Of a stretch of 64,000 bases of DNA, positions 24,976 to 37,508 are shown piece after piece. A model generated the notes under the pieces. The model did no database searches, was not told the DNA's origin, and saw nothing but the letters and a program-made list of their open reading frames with translations. Location of the stretch: contig NC_043000.1 in assembly GCF_006345805.1 (NCBI RefSeq), positions 117,614,001 to 117,678,000 on the forward strand. Reading direction: 5' to 3'. Each line of letters opens with the position of its first letter. Positions within the stretch are counted from its first letter, which is position 1. Made by a program: the position numbers and the translations under genes. The stretch comes from Octopus sinensis (taxonomy: Eukaryota).

Positions 24976-26939
24976 AAACCTATATATCCTTAATAATTGA
25001 ATTTAGACTCAACTAAATCTGGGGTGTGGCATTCTGATTACCTCTGTCAGTCTCCACTCTTGAACACATTGAGAATCTACCTACCTAAACAATTCATATA
25101 AAATATCATAGAACATATTTGAAGGCATAAAAAGACTCTTGGACATAACAAACGCATCCTGATTTCACCGATGCATTTTCAGGAAAAAATGTTTTTATTG
25201 CATTAAAGTATATAATAGGGGCCCAACTTCACATATAGGACTTGGGGTGAATTTTTTTGAGACATGGAGGGAAAAAAGTGCTTCTTGTGTGCCATCAAAT
25301 ACAATACTTTCAAAATTGTCCAACCCAACAAGAAAATCAGTAAAAAAAAAATCTATAAATCTGCAATTTCTACTTGATTTTTCCTAATTCAAAGTATCTA
25401 TCAATCACAGATTAGCTATGTTAAGTTCAAATAATAGGATATGGCAGTTTTGAAAAATCTTTTTTTTTTTTTGTAAAGGTCTTATGTAAAGATTTTTAAA
25501 AATGTGATGGTTCTTTTGTCAATTAAGCCACACTATAAACCCAGCAAAGAGCATTTGACCTACATTTACAAATCCTATCACCCTAACACATGCACTCTCA
25601 TTATTTTGATATGAAAATTACAAATTAATTTATTTAAATATGTTTAAAATTCTTTTATCTATCAAATATATTTTCTCCAGTTTAATTATAACCATGTTGG
25701 AGCTGTAGTTTTTGTTTGTTTGTTTGTTGCATAATGTCTTTTCTTTCATTAATTGCGATGACTGATCTACATTTCTTATAGCAGCTTATAGATAGTTAGC
25801 CTGGGTTGTTAGAAATAAATTTCTCCAACCCTTATCCAAAATTCTTCACATAAATGTCCCTCATACACTAATATCCATATCAACACACCAATTCACATCA
25901 AAACTCTTGCAAACCAAATAAAAATGAAATGGATTCTGTTTTATTTTTATTAATATATTTAAAATTATAAATTTCTACAAACATCATAGCCCCGTACACT
26001 ATTACAAATACACAAACTGTTTTAATCTGGTTTATTATTTAAATAAAAATATAATGTAACACTTTTATTTCTAACATTATGACTGCTGTTATTTATTTAT
26101 TATGTATTCTTATTTTATTAACACACTCTACAGCGTACATGTGTGTGTATGTGTTTGTTGCAGATTCGTTGAGCACATTACTTGTAACCCTAATAATAAT
26201 GCTTAGTAAACAGCAACAATTAACATTAAAGTTTCCTTTATATAATTCTTAAATAGTCATAGTAAAAAAAAAAAATATTTCTCATCAACTTAAAGTTGAT
26301 GTAAAAAGCTCTTAAGGTTATTAATATTAAAAAAAAAAAATTCTTGTTGATTAGCAAATAACAAATTTTTAACAAAAAATTACTTCAAATGAGCTAAACT
26401 ATCTCAGCATTTTTTTTTTTTTTAATTATGCTCTAACTAAACAGCGTTGTTAATATTTATGATGAGTGTTAAATAACATGTAAACATATTGCCTGAACTT
26501 TCAAGGAGTGTTAAAATGGAAACGAAACACTGCTGCCCCTGATAAACTTCCTTTCTCTATCCATTCTAAGTTATAAGTATATTGGTATATTTAAAGGGTC
26601 ATACACATGTGATTAACAATTGGGAAAATATGGATGCACACTTCATTGATTTTAACAAGGCATTCAACTCTCAGCCAGACACGAGAGTTTATAATAAGGT
26701 AAAAATTATCTTTTGGATTGCTCCCTCTAATTCACTCTTCCCATATATTCTAAAAACTATCCTTAATAACTTATCTCTCAATGGTACAGAGCAGTATCTT
26801 TTATACTTATACATATATATATTATACTAATAAATAACACACAATAGTAATTTTCTGGTAAATATCAAAGTAAGTTATTAAAAATGTTATTTCACTTTAT
26901 TTTTAACACTATATTTATTTACTGTATAATATTAGGGGA

Positions 26940-27210
26940 CGTGGCTGATGCCAGCGCCACCTTGAGTGGCTCCTGTGCTGGTGGCACATAAAAAGCACCA
27001 ACCGATCATGGCCGCTGCCAGCCTCCCCTGGCACGTAAAAAGCACCCACTACACTCACAGAGTGGTTGGCGCTTGGAAGGGCATCCAGCTGCAGAAACAC
27101 TGCCAGATCAGACTGGAGCCTGATGCAGCCTCCTGGTTTCCCAGACCCCGGTCGAACCATCCAACCCGTGCTTGCACGGAAAATGAACGTTAAACGATGA
27201 TAATGATGAT
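26940..27210 (+). mobile_element. Family C element, 5'-truncated
   Basis: Same tail as 11245. Confidence 0.83.
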
Positions 27211-27556
27211 ATAAGTATATGACTTTTGTTCTTAGAGTGAAGACTGTTTCAGACCTAAGGTTTAGAATATGCAAATTAACATTGGAAATCTGCAGAATTT
27301 GAGAAAATTTGATTTAATACTTTAAACTAGTATTGGTGAAACTATTGCGTTAAGCTAGAAATGAAGAATATTTTTGTGGATTTTTCTGGAATAAACCAAT
27401 TAGAAATTGGAAAATCAGTTATACTTCTACTATGAAGAAGTCATTATGTTGATATTAATGACATTGGAATATTTATATTATCAAAATATCTGTTATACAC
27501 TCACTACTACTACTACTACTACTGTTGTTGTTGTTATTATTATTGTCATCATTAAA

Positions 27557-27770
27557 GTGGTGAGCTGGCAGAATCGTTAGCACACCAGGCGAAATGCTAA
27601 GTGGTGTTTCGTCTGCTGCTATGTTCTGAGTTCAAATTCCGACAAGGTCGACTTTGCCTTTCATCCTTTCGGGGTCGATAAATTAAGTACCAGTTGTGTA
27701 CTGGGGTCGATCTAATTGACTGGCCCCTTGCCCCAAAATTTCAGGCCTTGTGCCTATAATGGAAAGGATT
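27557..27770 (+). mobile_element. SINE family A followed by an (ATC/ATT)n tail
   Basis: Same head and core. Confidence 0.85.
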
Positions 27771-28189
27771 ATCATCATCATTATTATTATTATTATTATT
27801 ATTTAGTATTTTTGATATATTAGTGTTTGTTTTTAAGGTTTAGTAAAAAGAAAAGATTTACATTAAACCAAATATTTCTCAATAGAGTTTTGGTTGAGTA
27901 CAAATTTATTAATCTTTAACAAGAGAATACTGATGATCTTGTCCTCACAGCTCACCTAGCTGTAGAAACTATGTCCAAAGAGACAGAATAGAGACCAGGC
28001 AGCACCTGGCTGGCTAGCTCTTGTCAAACCATCCAATTTATGCTAGCATGTTAGTCACTGTCAATTCTTGTTAAATGATATATATATATATGTATGTATA
28101 TATGTATACAGATTCAGATGAATATGGTACTTAAGTTGAGGCACCAGAATTTAGTACAGTATTATCCATACAATTTCAAAATAATCACC

Positions 28190-28256
<67 letters not shown>

Positions 28257-28299
28257 TAGATAGAGAGATAGATATGTATACATACATACATTTATATAT

Positions 28300-28364
<65 letters not shown>

Positions 28365-28772
28365 GGTAGATATATAGATATATAAAGAATAATGCTCTTT
28401 TTATCATTGAGAATACTGGATTGAATGCATCAGATTGCTAACATTCCTCTCTCCCCTCAAACCTCCGTAACAAATTCAATGCTATTTAACTTCCTCTGTA
28501 ATCTTGCTGGATATCTCAATTCACAGACATGCTTGGCTTACCTGCATGTTTCAAAGGAAAGTAAAATTCCACCCGACTTGCTGCTAATTCTCTCTCTAAA
28601 TTCTCTTTCTCTCCCCTGCAACTATACTTCGTTTAGTTGATCGTTTGCTATCCTGTAATGAGTCTAAATTAAAACCTGAATCATTTATTATTCTGTTGAG
28701 CTACAGAACATTTGCCTCTACATAAATATAAATATCTAAAAAATGTCTGTCTCTGACTTTCTATTCTTTTTT

Positions 28773-28811
<39 letters not shown>

Positions 28812-28862
28812 CATCCATACATATATGTATATATGTGTGTGTGTGTGTTTATATTATACATA

Positions 28863-28907
<45 letters not shown>

Positions 28908-29412
28908 TCACACATACATTTTCATATACACATACATATATATATATATATACACACACATAAATACATAATCTTATCCATTCCAGCAACACTAACATAC
29001 TGGCTGTGAGAATGCTTCTCTTGCATTTTGCAAAGAATGTATTTTTTTGGAGATGTCAGATTATTATTTTTTTTTATATTAATATTTTATTCCTTTATTT
29101 CTGCAGTAAAATGTTCTTTAATTATTCAAAAATTTCTTATAATTTTTTTTTTCTATATCTTTGTTTCAAGATGAAAATGAAAAATTAAGTGAAAAAAGAC
29201 TGAAAAATTTTCACAAGAAATCATTCTTTTATGAAATATTCTATGCATGAAATGATGTTCTTTTCTTATTCTAACCATTTCCTCCCACTTTATTATTATA
29301 GTGCCATCAGCTGCCAAATGGTTCCTTTCAATATTGTTCCTCTTGTCTCCTTCTTTCTGGGTTCTAGCTTGTTTTGCATCAAGCTCTATGAATGATGTCT
29401 TCTTTAGCTCAG

Positions 29413-29627
29413 CCATCATATCATTACCCCATCATATCATTACCCCATCATATCATTACCCCATCAGATCATTACCCCATCAGATCATTACCCCATCATA
29501 TCATTAGTCCATCAGATCATTACCCCATCATATCATTACTCCATCAGATCATTACCCCATCATATTATTACCCCATCATATCATTACCCCATCAGATCAT
29601 TACCCCATCAGATCATCACACCATCAG
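29413..29627. repeat. 16-bp minisatellite CCATCA(T/G)ATCATTACC, about 13 copies
   Basis: Direct reading. Confidence 0.93.
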
Positions 29628-30241
29628 AAGACTGAAAACTACATCGCCTGTATAACAGTGATGTTCATTTACAACCAAGACAACAGCAAACACACACACA
29701 GACACACACACATACACATGCATGTATTCAACAGGTTTCTTTCAGTTTCTGGCTATCAGATCTACCCACAGGGCTCTGGTCAGTTTGAGGCTGTAGTATA
29801 CACTACCTATAAATTATTTTCTTACATGCCTCTCTTGTGTTTCATTAAAGATTATATTTGATTGTTTCTGAAAGAAATATGCTTCAATAAGATGATCCTT
29901 TTGTTTTTTTGGGTTTTTTTCCAGTCATATTATTGCTTCTATACACTGTTGTTTAGAGAAAGCATGAATAACAGTTAAAAAAATTGATACGTTATCAACA
30001 ACAATTGAACTCTGACCTCCGATCTCACAAAGTCATTACAATGTCATTAATTGACAATTACCAGTTAGGCTGCTTGATGTCACTAATTAAATACAATGTA
30101 GATTATGACAAAAGGACAGCCTAAATATTAGGGGAGAGCGTATCTTTAAAGATCCTGAGGGTTAACTGATGAGACTCTTACAAATGAGAAAATTCTTAGA
30201 AGAGTAGGGTCATGACTACTGCAAGAGATTGTAGCAGAGTA

Positions 30242-30268
30242 CCAATTCCAATTGGCTGGTCACGTGTT
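30242..30268 (+). promoter_or_regulatory. Candidate CCAAT pair plus CLEAR-like E-box (GTCACGTG)
   Basis: CCAAT at 30242, CCAATTGG at 30248 and GTCACGTG at 30259-30266, in CpG-poor intron sequence. Confidence 0.3.
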
Positions 30269-31454
30269 CCATCTTGCACACTGGTTCTCAGCAGGGGTCC
30301 ATATAAGATTTTGTTGTTAAAATTTATGCGCAAGAAAGCTCAAGCTCAGACTTATAGCTAGGACATTCATATGAGATGGAAACTTCTGGAAAATGACACA
30401 ATTACTTTTTACAGAAAAATGTTTGGGCAGAATAGAAACTTTGTAAGGGAATTTGATAATTGCAAAATAATCAATGATATGATACTGCAATTTTTAGACT
30501 ATGTACTGAATATATATGTTGTGGTTTGTATTTACTGTAAATATGTAAATATAGAATTTAACAAATATATGGCTTAGATTTCTTTTAAGAATGTTTATAT
30601 CTAGTTTACTGTATTACTATGAGATCATAAAAGTTACCAAATATGGGCAGCTGTATAAATTATCAGAGCAGTTCTTTTATAATTAGACATACATCATCAT
30701 TATTATTTCATGTGCGCTTTCCAAGCTGGCATGGGTTGGATGGTCATTACTGCTCTTTTAGAAGTGTGTGTGTCTGTATATGTTTGTCCCTGTCACTACT
30801 GTTGGACAACCAATGTTGGTTTGTTTACATCCCGTATTAGTGTTCCAGCAAAAGAGACAGCAGATTAAGTACCAAACTTTAAAGATAAGCACTTGGGTTA
30901 ATTTGTTTGACTAAATCCTTTAGGGTGGTATCCCAGTATGGCCACAGTCTAATGGATGAAACAACTAAAAGACAGACAATACCACTGTCAGACGATTCTC
31001 TCTGAATTCATGAATTGTCCTACCAAAGCATTCTGTACCGTCTGATCTGAAAGCTAATGTCTAAAAATAATCTGAAACAAATTGTTCATCTTTAGAATTC
31101 TCTAAAACAATGTTAGAATTATATCATAACGAAATACAAATTGCTGTCTTTCTATAATTAAATCCATTCATTGAAATATATAAATAAAGATAATTATCAT
31201 AAGATTTTAATTGGGTCACGTTACAATTAATTGATTCATTTAGTTGAATATGTACTTCACAGTAAAACCTTCAGAATTATAGAAATAATATCATTTAGAT
31301 GTGGTACACAAAATTCATTTTTGTATTTAGCCTCTTTCTTTTATTTTCTGAGATCAAATTCCATATAGGTCAGCTTTCTCATTTATTCATTTGGGTTTGA
31401 TAAAATAAGGTATTGGGCAGAATGTGTATGTGTATTTCTCTATTTATGTCCCTG

Positions 31455-31682
31455 AACCAATCGTGACCATTGCCAGCCTCCCCTGGCACCTGTGCCGGTG
31501 GCACATAAAAAGCACCCACTACACTCACGGAGTGGTTGGAATTAGGAAGGGCATCCAGCTGTAGAAACACTACCAGATCAGACTGGAGCTTGGTGCAGCC
31601 TCCTGGCTTCCCAGACCCCAGTCGAACCGTCCAACCCATGCTAGCAGGGAAAAAAGACGTTAAATGATGATGATGATGATGA
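31455..31682 (+). mobile_element. Family C element, 5'-truncated
   Basis: Same tail with (GAT)n. Confidence 0.83.
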
Positions 31683-32369
31683 AGCTTAGCTGCTCAACAA
31701 AAGTGTCTGATAAAACAAGTACCAGACTTTGTAATGGAGTCCATTTGTTCAACTAAAATCCTTCAAAGTGGTGCTCCAGTATGGCCACAGTCCAATGACT
31801 GATACAAATAAATGGAGAACTTTGTCCAATTGTCTGCTTATTGTGTTTATTTTTCACTCCATAATCTTGTCTCTTGTTTTCATCTTACTATATTCCCCTT
31901 TTCTGTTTATATATCTGTTCAGTCTCTTTCTTTCTCCTTCTAAATTTCTCTCCCACATCTTCTCTGATCGTCATCTCTATTTGAGCATCATTGAAAATTC
32001 TAATCACATGTACAGTTTTAGAACAAATTGGTGTTCCTTTACCATTGTTATTTAATCATTATAAATGTGTATGTATGTGTGTAGACATGCATATGTAAAT
32101 ATGTATATATGCATATGTGTATATGTGTACTTGCATATATATGCATGTTTATGTGTGTGTGTGTGTGTGTGAGTTTATGTATGTACACATCTCTGTATAT
32201 GTGTGTGAATATATATTTTCAAAGCAGAATTTTGAAACTTGCCATCTTATCTTCCACTCCAAACACAGAAGTTAACTGGTATGAAGGATAACCCTTATTT
32301 TGTGTGGCACAAGAAAAGTTTTCAACTGTTTTCGTTATTCTGTTCCTGCTTTTGAGTGCATATATATAT

Positions 32370-32431
<62 letters not shown>

Positions 32432-32590
32432 ATATGTGTGTGTGTGTATATAAGTATATGTGTGTGTATGTATATATATATATCTGTTTATATGTATATA
32501 TATATATATGTGTGTGTGTGTATATATGTATATGTGTGTGTGTGTATATATGTATATGTGTGTGTGTGTATATATGTATATGTGTGTATG

Positions 32591-32621
<31 letters not shown>

Positions 32622-32959
32622 ATATATGTGTGTGTGTGTGTATATATGTATATGTATGTATATATATATATACATACATATATAGCACAACTTAGTAATT
32701 AGTTACAATTGTTTCTGTACCATTCCATTTATAGCCACATTGCATCAAAATGATTTTGAGTGAAAATGTACCCAGACTGTTGTGAGGTCATTTTTTTCTT
32801 TTGTAGCACCAGTGTTGTCTCATCCATGGCAACACTAAGGAACCTGGTCTTCCCTACATCAGCCTCATTCATTCATTCATCAGCACTAGAGAGTACTCCT
32901 CTTTTCTGTACTCTTTCTACATGTTCATTCCTTTCCTTCTTACACAACTGAGAGGGGCC

Positions 32960-33126
32960 AAAAGAGTAAAAGAAGAGATGAACCAGAGTGATAGGAGCAA
33001 GAGGATGATGGAAGAGAGTGAAGGAAAAAAAGAGAGGGTGTCATAGGCAGCTACATGATGTTAGTTGGTATGGAGGTTGAATTAAAACAGCATGAGAATT
33101 GTAATGGCAAAGGGAGAAAGTATTAG
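32960..33126 (+). repeat. ~167-bp purine-rich direct repeat, copy 1
   Basis: Highly similar to 35947-36113. Confidence 0.9.
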
Positions 33127-33754
33127 GAGGTGGACAGATTGATAGGAGTATTAGAAGTAAAAAAAGTGTGATGGATGTCAACAATAAGTGAAAGAGGAGG
33201 AAATGGTGTGTGTGTGCATGAGAGAGAGAGAGAGAGAGAGACAGAGAGAGAGAGAGAAAGAAAGAAAGAAAATAATGGCTTGCAATAGAGATGGGTGATA
33301 ATAAGAAGGGTTTGAAAAGAGACATTCAATGTGATACAATTCCTTGTTACAGAACCAACGTGATGGAAGGAGCTGAAGTGTTGTAGTGAGACACATCGGA
33401 GTCTATCTTGCTTGACAAATTATATTTGCCTGCTTCTATGTACTCTTATTTTTCTTCAAACATGTGTTTGTATCAACACATAGCTTTTTGCATGTCTCTG
33501 TTTCTCTACAATAATAATGCTGCTTGTTTGATTTAATACATAACCACAGAAATATGAATGTTTTTGATATTCTTATGTGTTTCTCAAAATATATTTTAAT
33601 GCATAAATTATGTGTATTTAAGATAATATTATGTATCAAGGTTGTAAAAATGCACGTATACTATTAATTTGAAAGTTTGTGTGTGTCTGTGTATACACTC
33701 AACCACATACCCATTTACCTCAAATATATAGTTGTATGTATATATATTTATATA

Positions 33755-34136
33755 CTAGCAGTATCGCCCGGCGTTGCTCAGGTTTGTAAGGGAAATAACT
33801 ATAAAGCATTTTTAGAGAGTTATAGCCAAAAAATAGCAAAAAAATGGGAAAAAAATGATGGTAAATTTTTTTTGAGAGTTAAAAAAGGTGGAGTTGCGTC
33901 CACTAGATGGTCTGTGGTTTGGGTTTCTGATTCTCGACCCCATGTCGAATTTATCGATTTTTTTCAGAACTGGGGGAACTTTTCAAAATTTTCGCTGTGT
34001 TAGTTTTGAATTATGACATTGGGCTATGTGTGTGTCAAGTTTCATCAGAATCGGTTGAAAGCCGTGGTCAGAGTGAGGGTACGAGAAAACAGACACAGAA
34101 AACGCACAGACAAACTGCCGTTTATATAGAGAGAGA
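33755..34136 (-). mobile_element. Non-autonomous Helitron (family H1), second copy
   Basis: Reverse complement of 451-834 with few differences; A|TC...CTAG|T termini on the minus strand. Confidence 0.87.
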
Positions 34137-34723
34137 TAACATTTAAATAATGAGGGAAATAAATTGAATATTAATTTAATTAATATCAATTTAAAACCAG
34201 TAGCCTAGCATATAAAAAATCTGAAAAATCAGAAAAAATTTTAAAACATGTGTATATTTAGGGCTAAAAAACCACTAGGTGGACAGCCATATACTAGAAG
34301 AAGATCACATACAATCTAACTACAGGTGTATGCTGAATTTTCTCTGGAGAACATTTTTTCTTTGTAGTTAGATCATATGTAATATTCTTCTAGCGTATGG
34401 CTGTCAACCTATGCATTTACATGGGCACACACATAGTCAGCAGTTCAATTATCAAAATGACAGGGAAGTTGAAATCCTCATCTCCTGATTTTGGTAAAGT
34501 TCCATTCTATATTGATCCAAAAAAAATATTTACCAAACTCAACTCATGGTCATATGAACCATTATTAGCATCAAGTTGATCTTGCTTCGATTTGCTCAAC
34601 ATACTACCTGTTGGGAAGTCAATAGAGCAACATCCTGTGTTCATAAAAAAATAGACGACCGAGGTTTTTGCTGAACTTCTTAGCCCATGTATAACCATGT
34701 TGAGATGTTCATATGAAAGACAT

Positions 34724-35154
34724 TTAACCATTTAGCGTTCATATTACTCTGTCAAATATAATGCTTTTTCATTCACATTGTTTTGAATTAATCCTGCATT
34801 ATCTTGAAGCTCCGACAATTTGAATCCAATCATGGCCGTTGCCAGCTTCGCCTGGCACCTGTGCCGGTGGCATGTAAAAAGCACCCACTACACTCACGGA
34901 GTGGTTGGCATTAGGAAGGTCATCCAGCTGTAGAAACACTGCCAGATCAGACTGGAGCCTGGTACAGCCTTCTGGCTTCCCAGATCTCGGTTGAACCGTC
35001 CAACCCATGCTAGCATGGAAAACAGATGTTAAATGATGATGATGATGATGATGATGGTTTATTTTGAGGATGTCATTGTAGGATATGATTGAGAGGCCAT
35101 ATCTAGATGGTTTGAACATATAACAAGTAGAAAATTTAAATGCTAAAGTGTTAA
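34724..35154. mobile_element. piggyBac-type MITE with a nested family C element (34822-35055)
   Basis: TTAA CCATTTAG...CTAAAGTG TTAA; the MITE body resumes after the (GAT)n tail. Confidence 0.75.
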
Positions 35155-35374
35155 ACATGTTTATATATCTTAGCAAAGTTATATCACTTCCAGTCAAAAT
35201 GAACACTCAAACACACACTTTCACATGCACACATATATAACAAGTTTGTATTATATTTGGTGATACAATTGGAAAACCCATTGTATGTTTTCAGGGTGTA
35301 AATTATTCACAGTATATGTGTGTTGGTGTGTATAATGTTCGTATGTATAATTTGTTATCCTTTTCAATTTAAAG

Positions 35375-35549
35375 CTTCCTCAAACAAGTGTTCTGAACCT
35401 CTATGATCAACACACAGAAAATAGCAAATCAATAACCTCTGTACCAAATGCTTTTCGGCTTAAGGCAGCTGATCCACCACAATTCCTCAATGAGGATGAG
35501 GCTAGACAGTGGGCAAAAGACCGACAGAAAAAGGATAACCATAATTTGA
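35375..35549 (+). CDS. MITF: MiT/TFE exon encoding the linker and first half of the basic region (175 nt, phase 0/1)
   Basis: Acceptor ccttttcaatttaaag|CTT, donor TTGA|gtaagt. Encodes LPQTSVLNLYD...SITSVPNAF...EDEARQWAKDRQKKDNHNL, which includes the diagnostic MiT/TFE basic region. Confidence 0.95.
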
Positions 35550-35624
35550 GTAAGTCAACACTATTCATTAGAAAATTACTATTTGTAAATCTCACAATGA
35601 GAGATATTCAGCAACAGTACTTTA

Positions 35625-35823
35625 TAGTAAAGATTGTTTGCCAACATAATATGGCAGTCCGGTTTAGGACTAATGTTGCTGTAATTTAGCCCCAGAAGAA
35701 TTTAGCTATATGACACAATCTGTGTCATATAGCCAACTGGAGACGATGTCTTCTGGGGCTAAATTACAGCAACATTAGTCCTAAACCAGACTGCCATGTT
35801 ATGTTGGCAAACAATCTTTACTA
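35625..35823. repeat. Long inverted repeat / fold-back MITE (~75-bp arms plus an inner 13-bp hairpin)
   Basis: TAGTAAAGATTGTTTGCCAAC...GCCCCAGAAGA versus TCTTCTGGGGC...GTTGGCAAACAATCTTTACTA, with 2 differences. Confidence 0.92.
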
Positions 35824-35946
35824 CAAAACTATTCATGTTTAAAATTCTTTCATGGCTCCTTTTTATTTTCATATGTACAAATTTGATTATAACCTGTTGT
35901 GCATTGGTTGGGCTGATGAATGTTGGTAAACCTATTATACACTATG

Positions 35947-36113
35947 AAAAGAGTAAAAGAAGAGAGAAACCAGAGTGATAGGAGCAAGAGGATGATAGAA
36001 GAGAGTGAGTGAAAGAAAGAGAGGGTATCATAGGCAGCTACATGACGTTGGTTGGTAAGGAGGTTGAATTAAAACAACATGAGAATTGTAATGGCAAAGG
36101 GAGAAAGTATTAG
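35947..36113 (+). repeat. ~167-bp purine-rich direct repeat, copy 2
   Basis: Highly similar to 32960-33126. Confidence 0.9.
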
Positions 36114-36642
36114 CTGTGCCCTATTCAAAGTCCTTCTGCTTGATAAGGTTGATGATATGCCAGTCAGCAACCAAGTGAGCAATGTAAGAACAGCTTATGG
36201 ATATGAAACTCTGTGTGTGCTGTAATTCAGTCTGAACTGAAACAATGGAATACATTCTGTTATGTAGTGTGGTTTATTATTTATTATTATTAGGTAATCA
36301 CAGAGAAACATTAACATATGTTGCTTGAGAATCAAGAAATGACTATTCTGTTTCTAGATAAGTCTTTATGTATTGATCTTGTCTATAAGACTGGATGACA
36401 GTTGATATAACAACGACAGAGAACCAGAATAACTAGCTTAAAAATCTAGCTTCAGTTTTCTAGGTTCAAACCCTGACTGTGGCTTTCCTTCCTCCAGCAT
36501 TAATAAAATATAAAACAATAATGTTGGTTTTGATTCAGTTAATGCCATTTCTTATCTATTTCCTCAAAATTGCACTTGTGTCTAAAGATAAATGAATATT
36601 AGGAACTGGTTTTAACAATTTATATTCCATTTTTTTTTTCAG

Positions 36643-36718
36643 TTGAACGGAGAAGAAGGTTTAATATCAATGACAGAATTAAGGAACTCGGAACACTCCT
36701 ACCCAAAAACAGTGACCC
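36643..36718 (+). CDS. MITF: MiT/TFE exon: basic region and helix 1 (76 nt, phase 1/2)
   Basis: Acceptor poly-T cag|TT, donor CC|gtaagt. Encodes (I)[25 protein letters not shown]. Confidence 0.97.
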
Positions 36719-37298
36719 GTAAGTAAATTCTCACAGCATTTTATTGGACAAATGCTAAATTCAAGAAATTCATAAAATTGTTTGTCTAAAAGGAGGTTTT
36801 CTCTATTGCAGAAAAAATCTGACTCCTTGATCATTTGACTCAATATTTTGGGTGGCTTCATTATATTCTCTAGTTGTTAGACTTAATGATGGACACTAGT
36901 TGGTTGTTGGTATCAAATTGGTTAATTATCTTAGCAATAGTTTTGGGTGTTGGTGTGTTTACATTCCTTATAACTTAGCAGTTCGGCAAAAGAGTCTGAC
37001 AGAATAAGTACTAAGCTTTAAGAAAATAAGTACTAAGGGTGATTTATTTGACTAACACCTCTCAAGGCGGTGCTCCAACATGACCACAGTCAAATGACTG
37101 AAACAAGTAAAAGGATAGAGGAATAATCCTTAATGCTATGTATGCATTGCTGTTAGCATGGGGGTTCCTCCTTGAGACCTGAGCAAGTACCTTCACAGAT
37201 CATGGTGGCTGCACCCTAGCCAGCAGCCACTATGAAAGAGGAAAGTTCTTGCTGTCAAAAACCTGTTCTATGCCTGGAATGGTCTGTTGGAAACAATG

Positions 37299-37508
37299 CT
37301 GGCAGAAATGTTAGCATGCCAGGCAAAATGCTTAGTGGTATTTCATCTGCCGTTACGTTCTGAGTTCAAATTCTGCCGAGGTTGACTTTGCCTTTCATGC
37401 CTTTAAGTACTAGCTACGCACTGGGGTCGATGTAATCGACTTAATCCCTTTGTCTGTCCTTGTTTGTCTCCTCTATCTTTAGCCCCTATGGGCAATAAAG
37501 AAATAAGG
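37299..37508 (+). mobile_element. SINE family A
   Basis: Same head, B-box and 3' part. Confidence 0.8.

Noticed and set aside
29413-29627. Possible CRISPR-like array or His/Pro-rich ORFs
   Set aside because: Pure tandem 16-mers with no unique spacers, in eukaryotic context.
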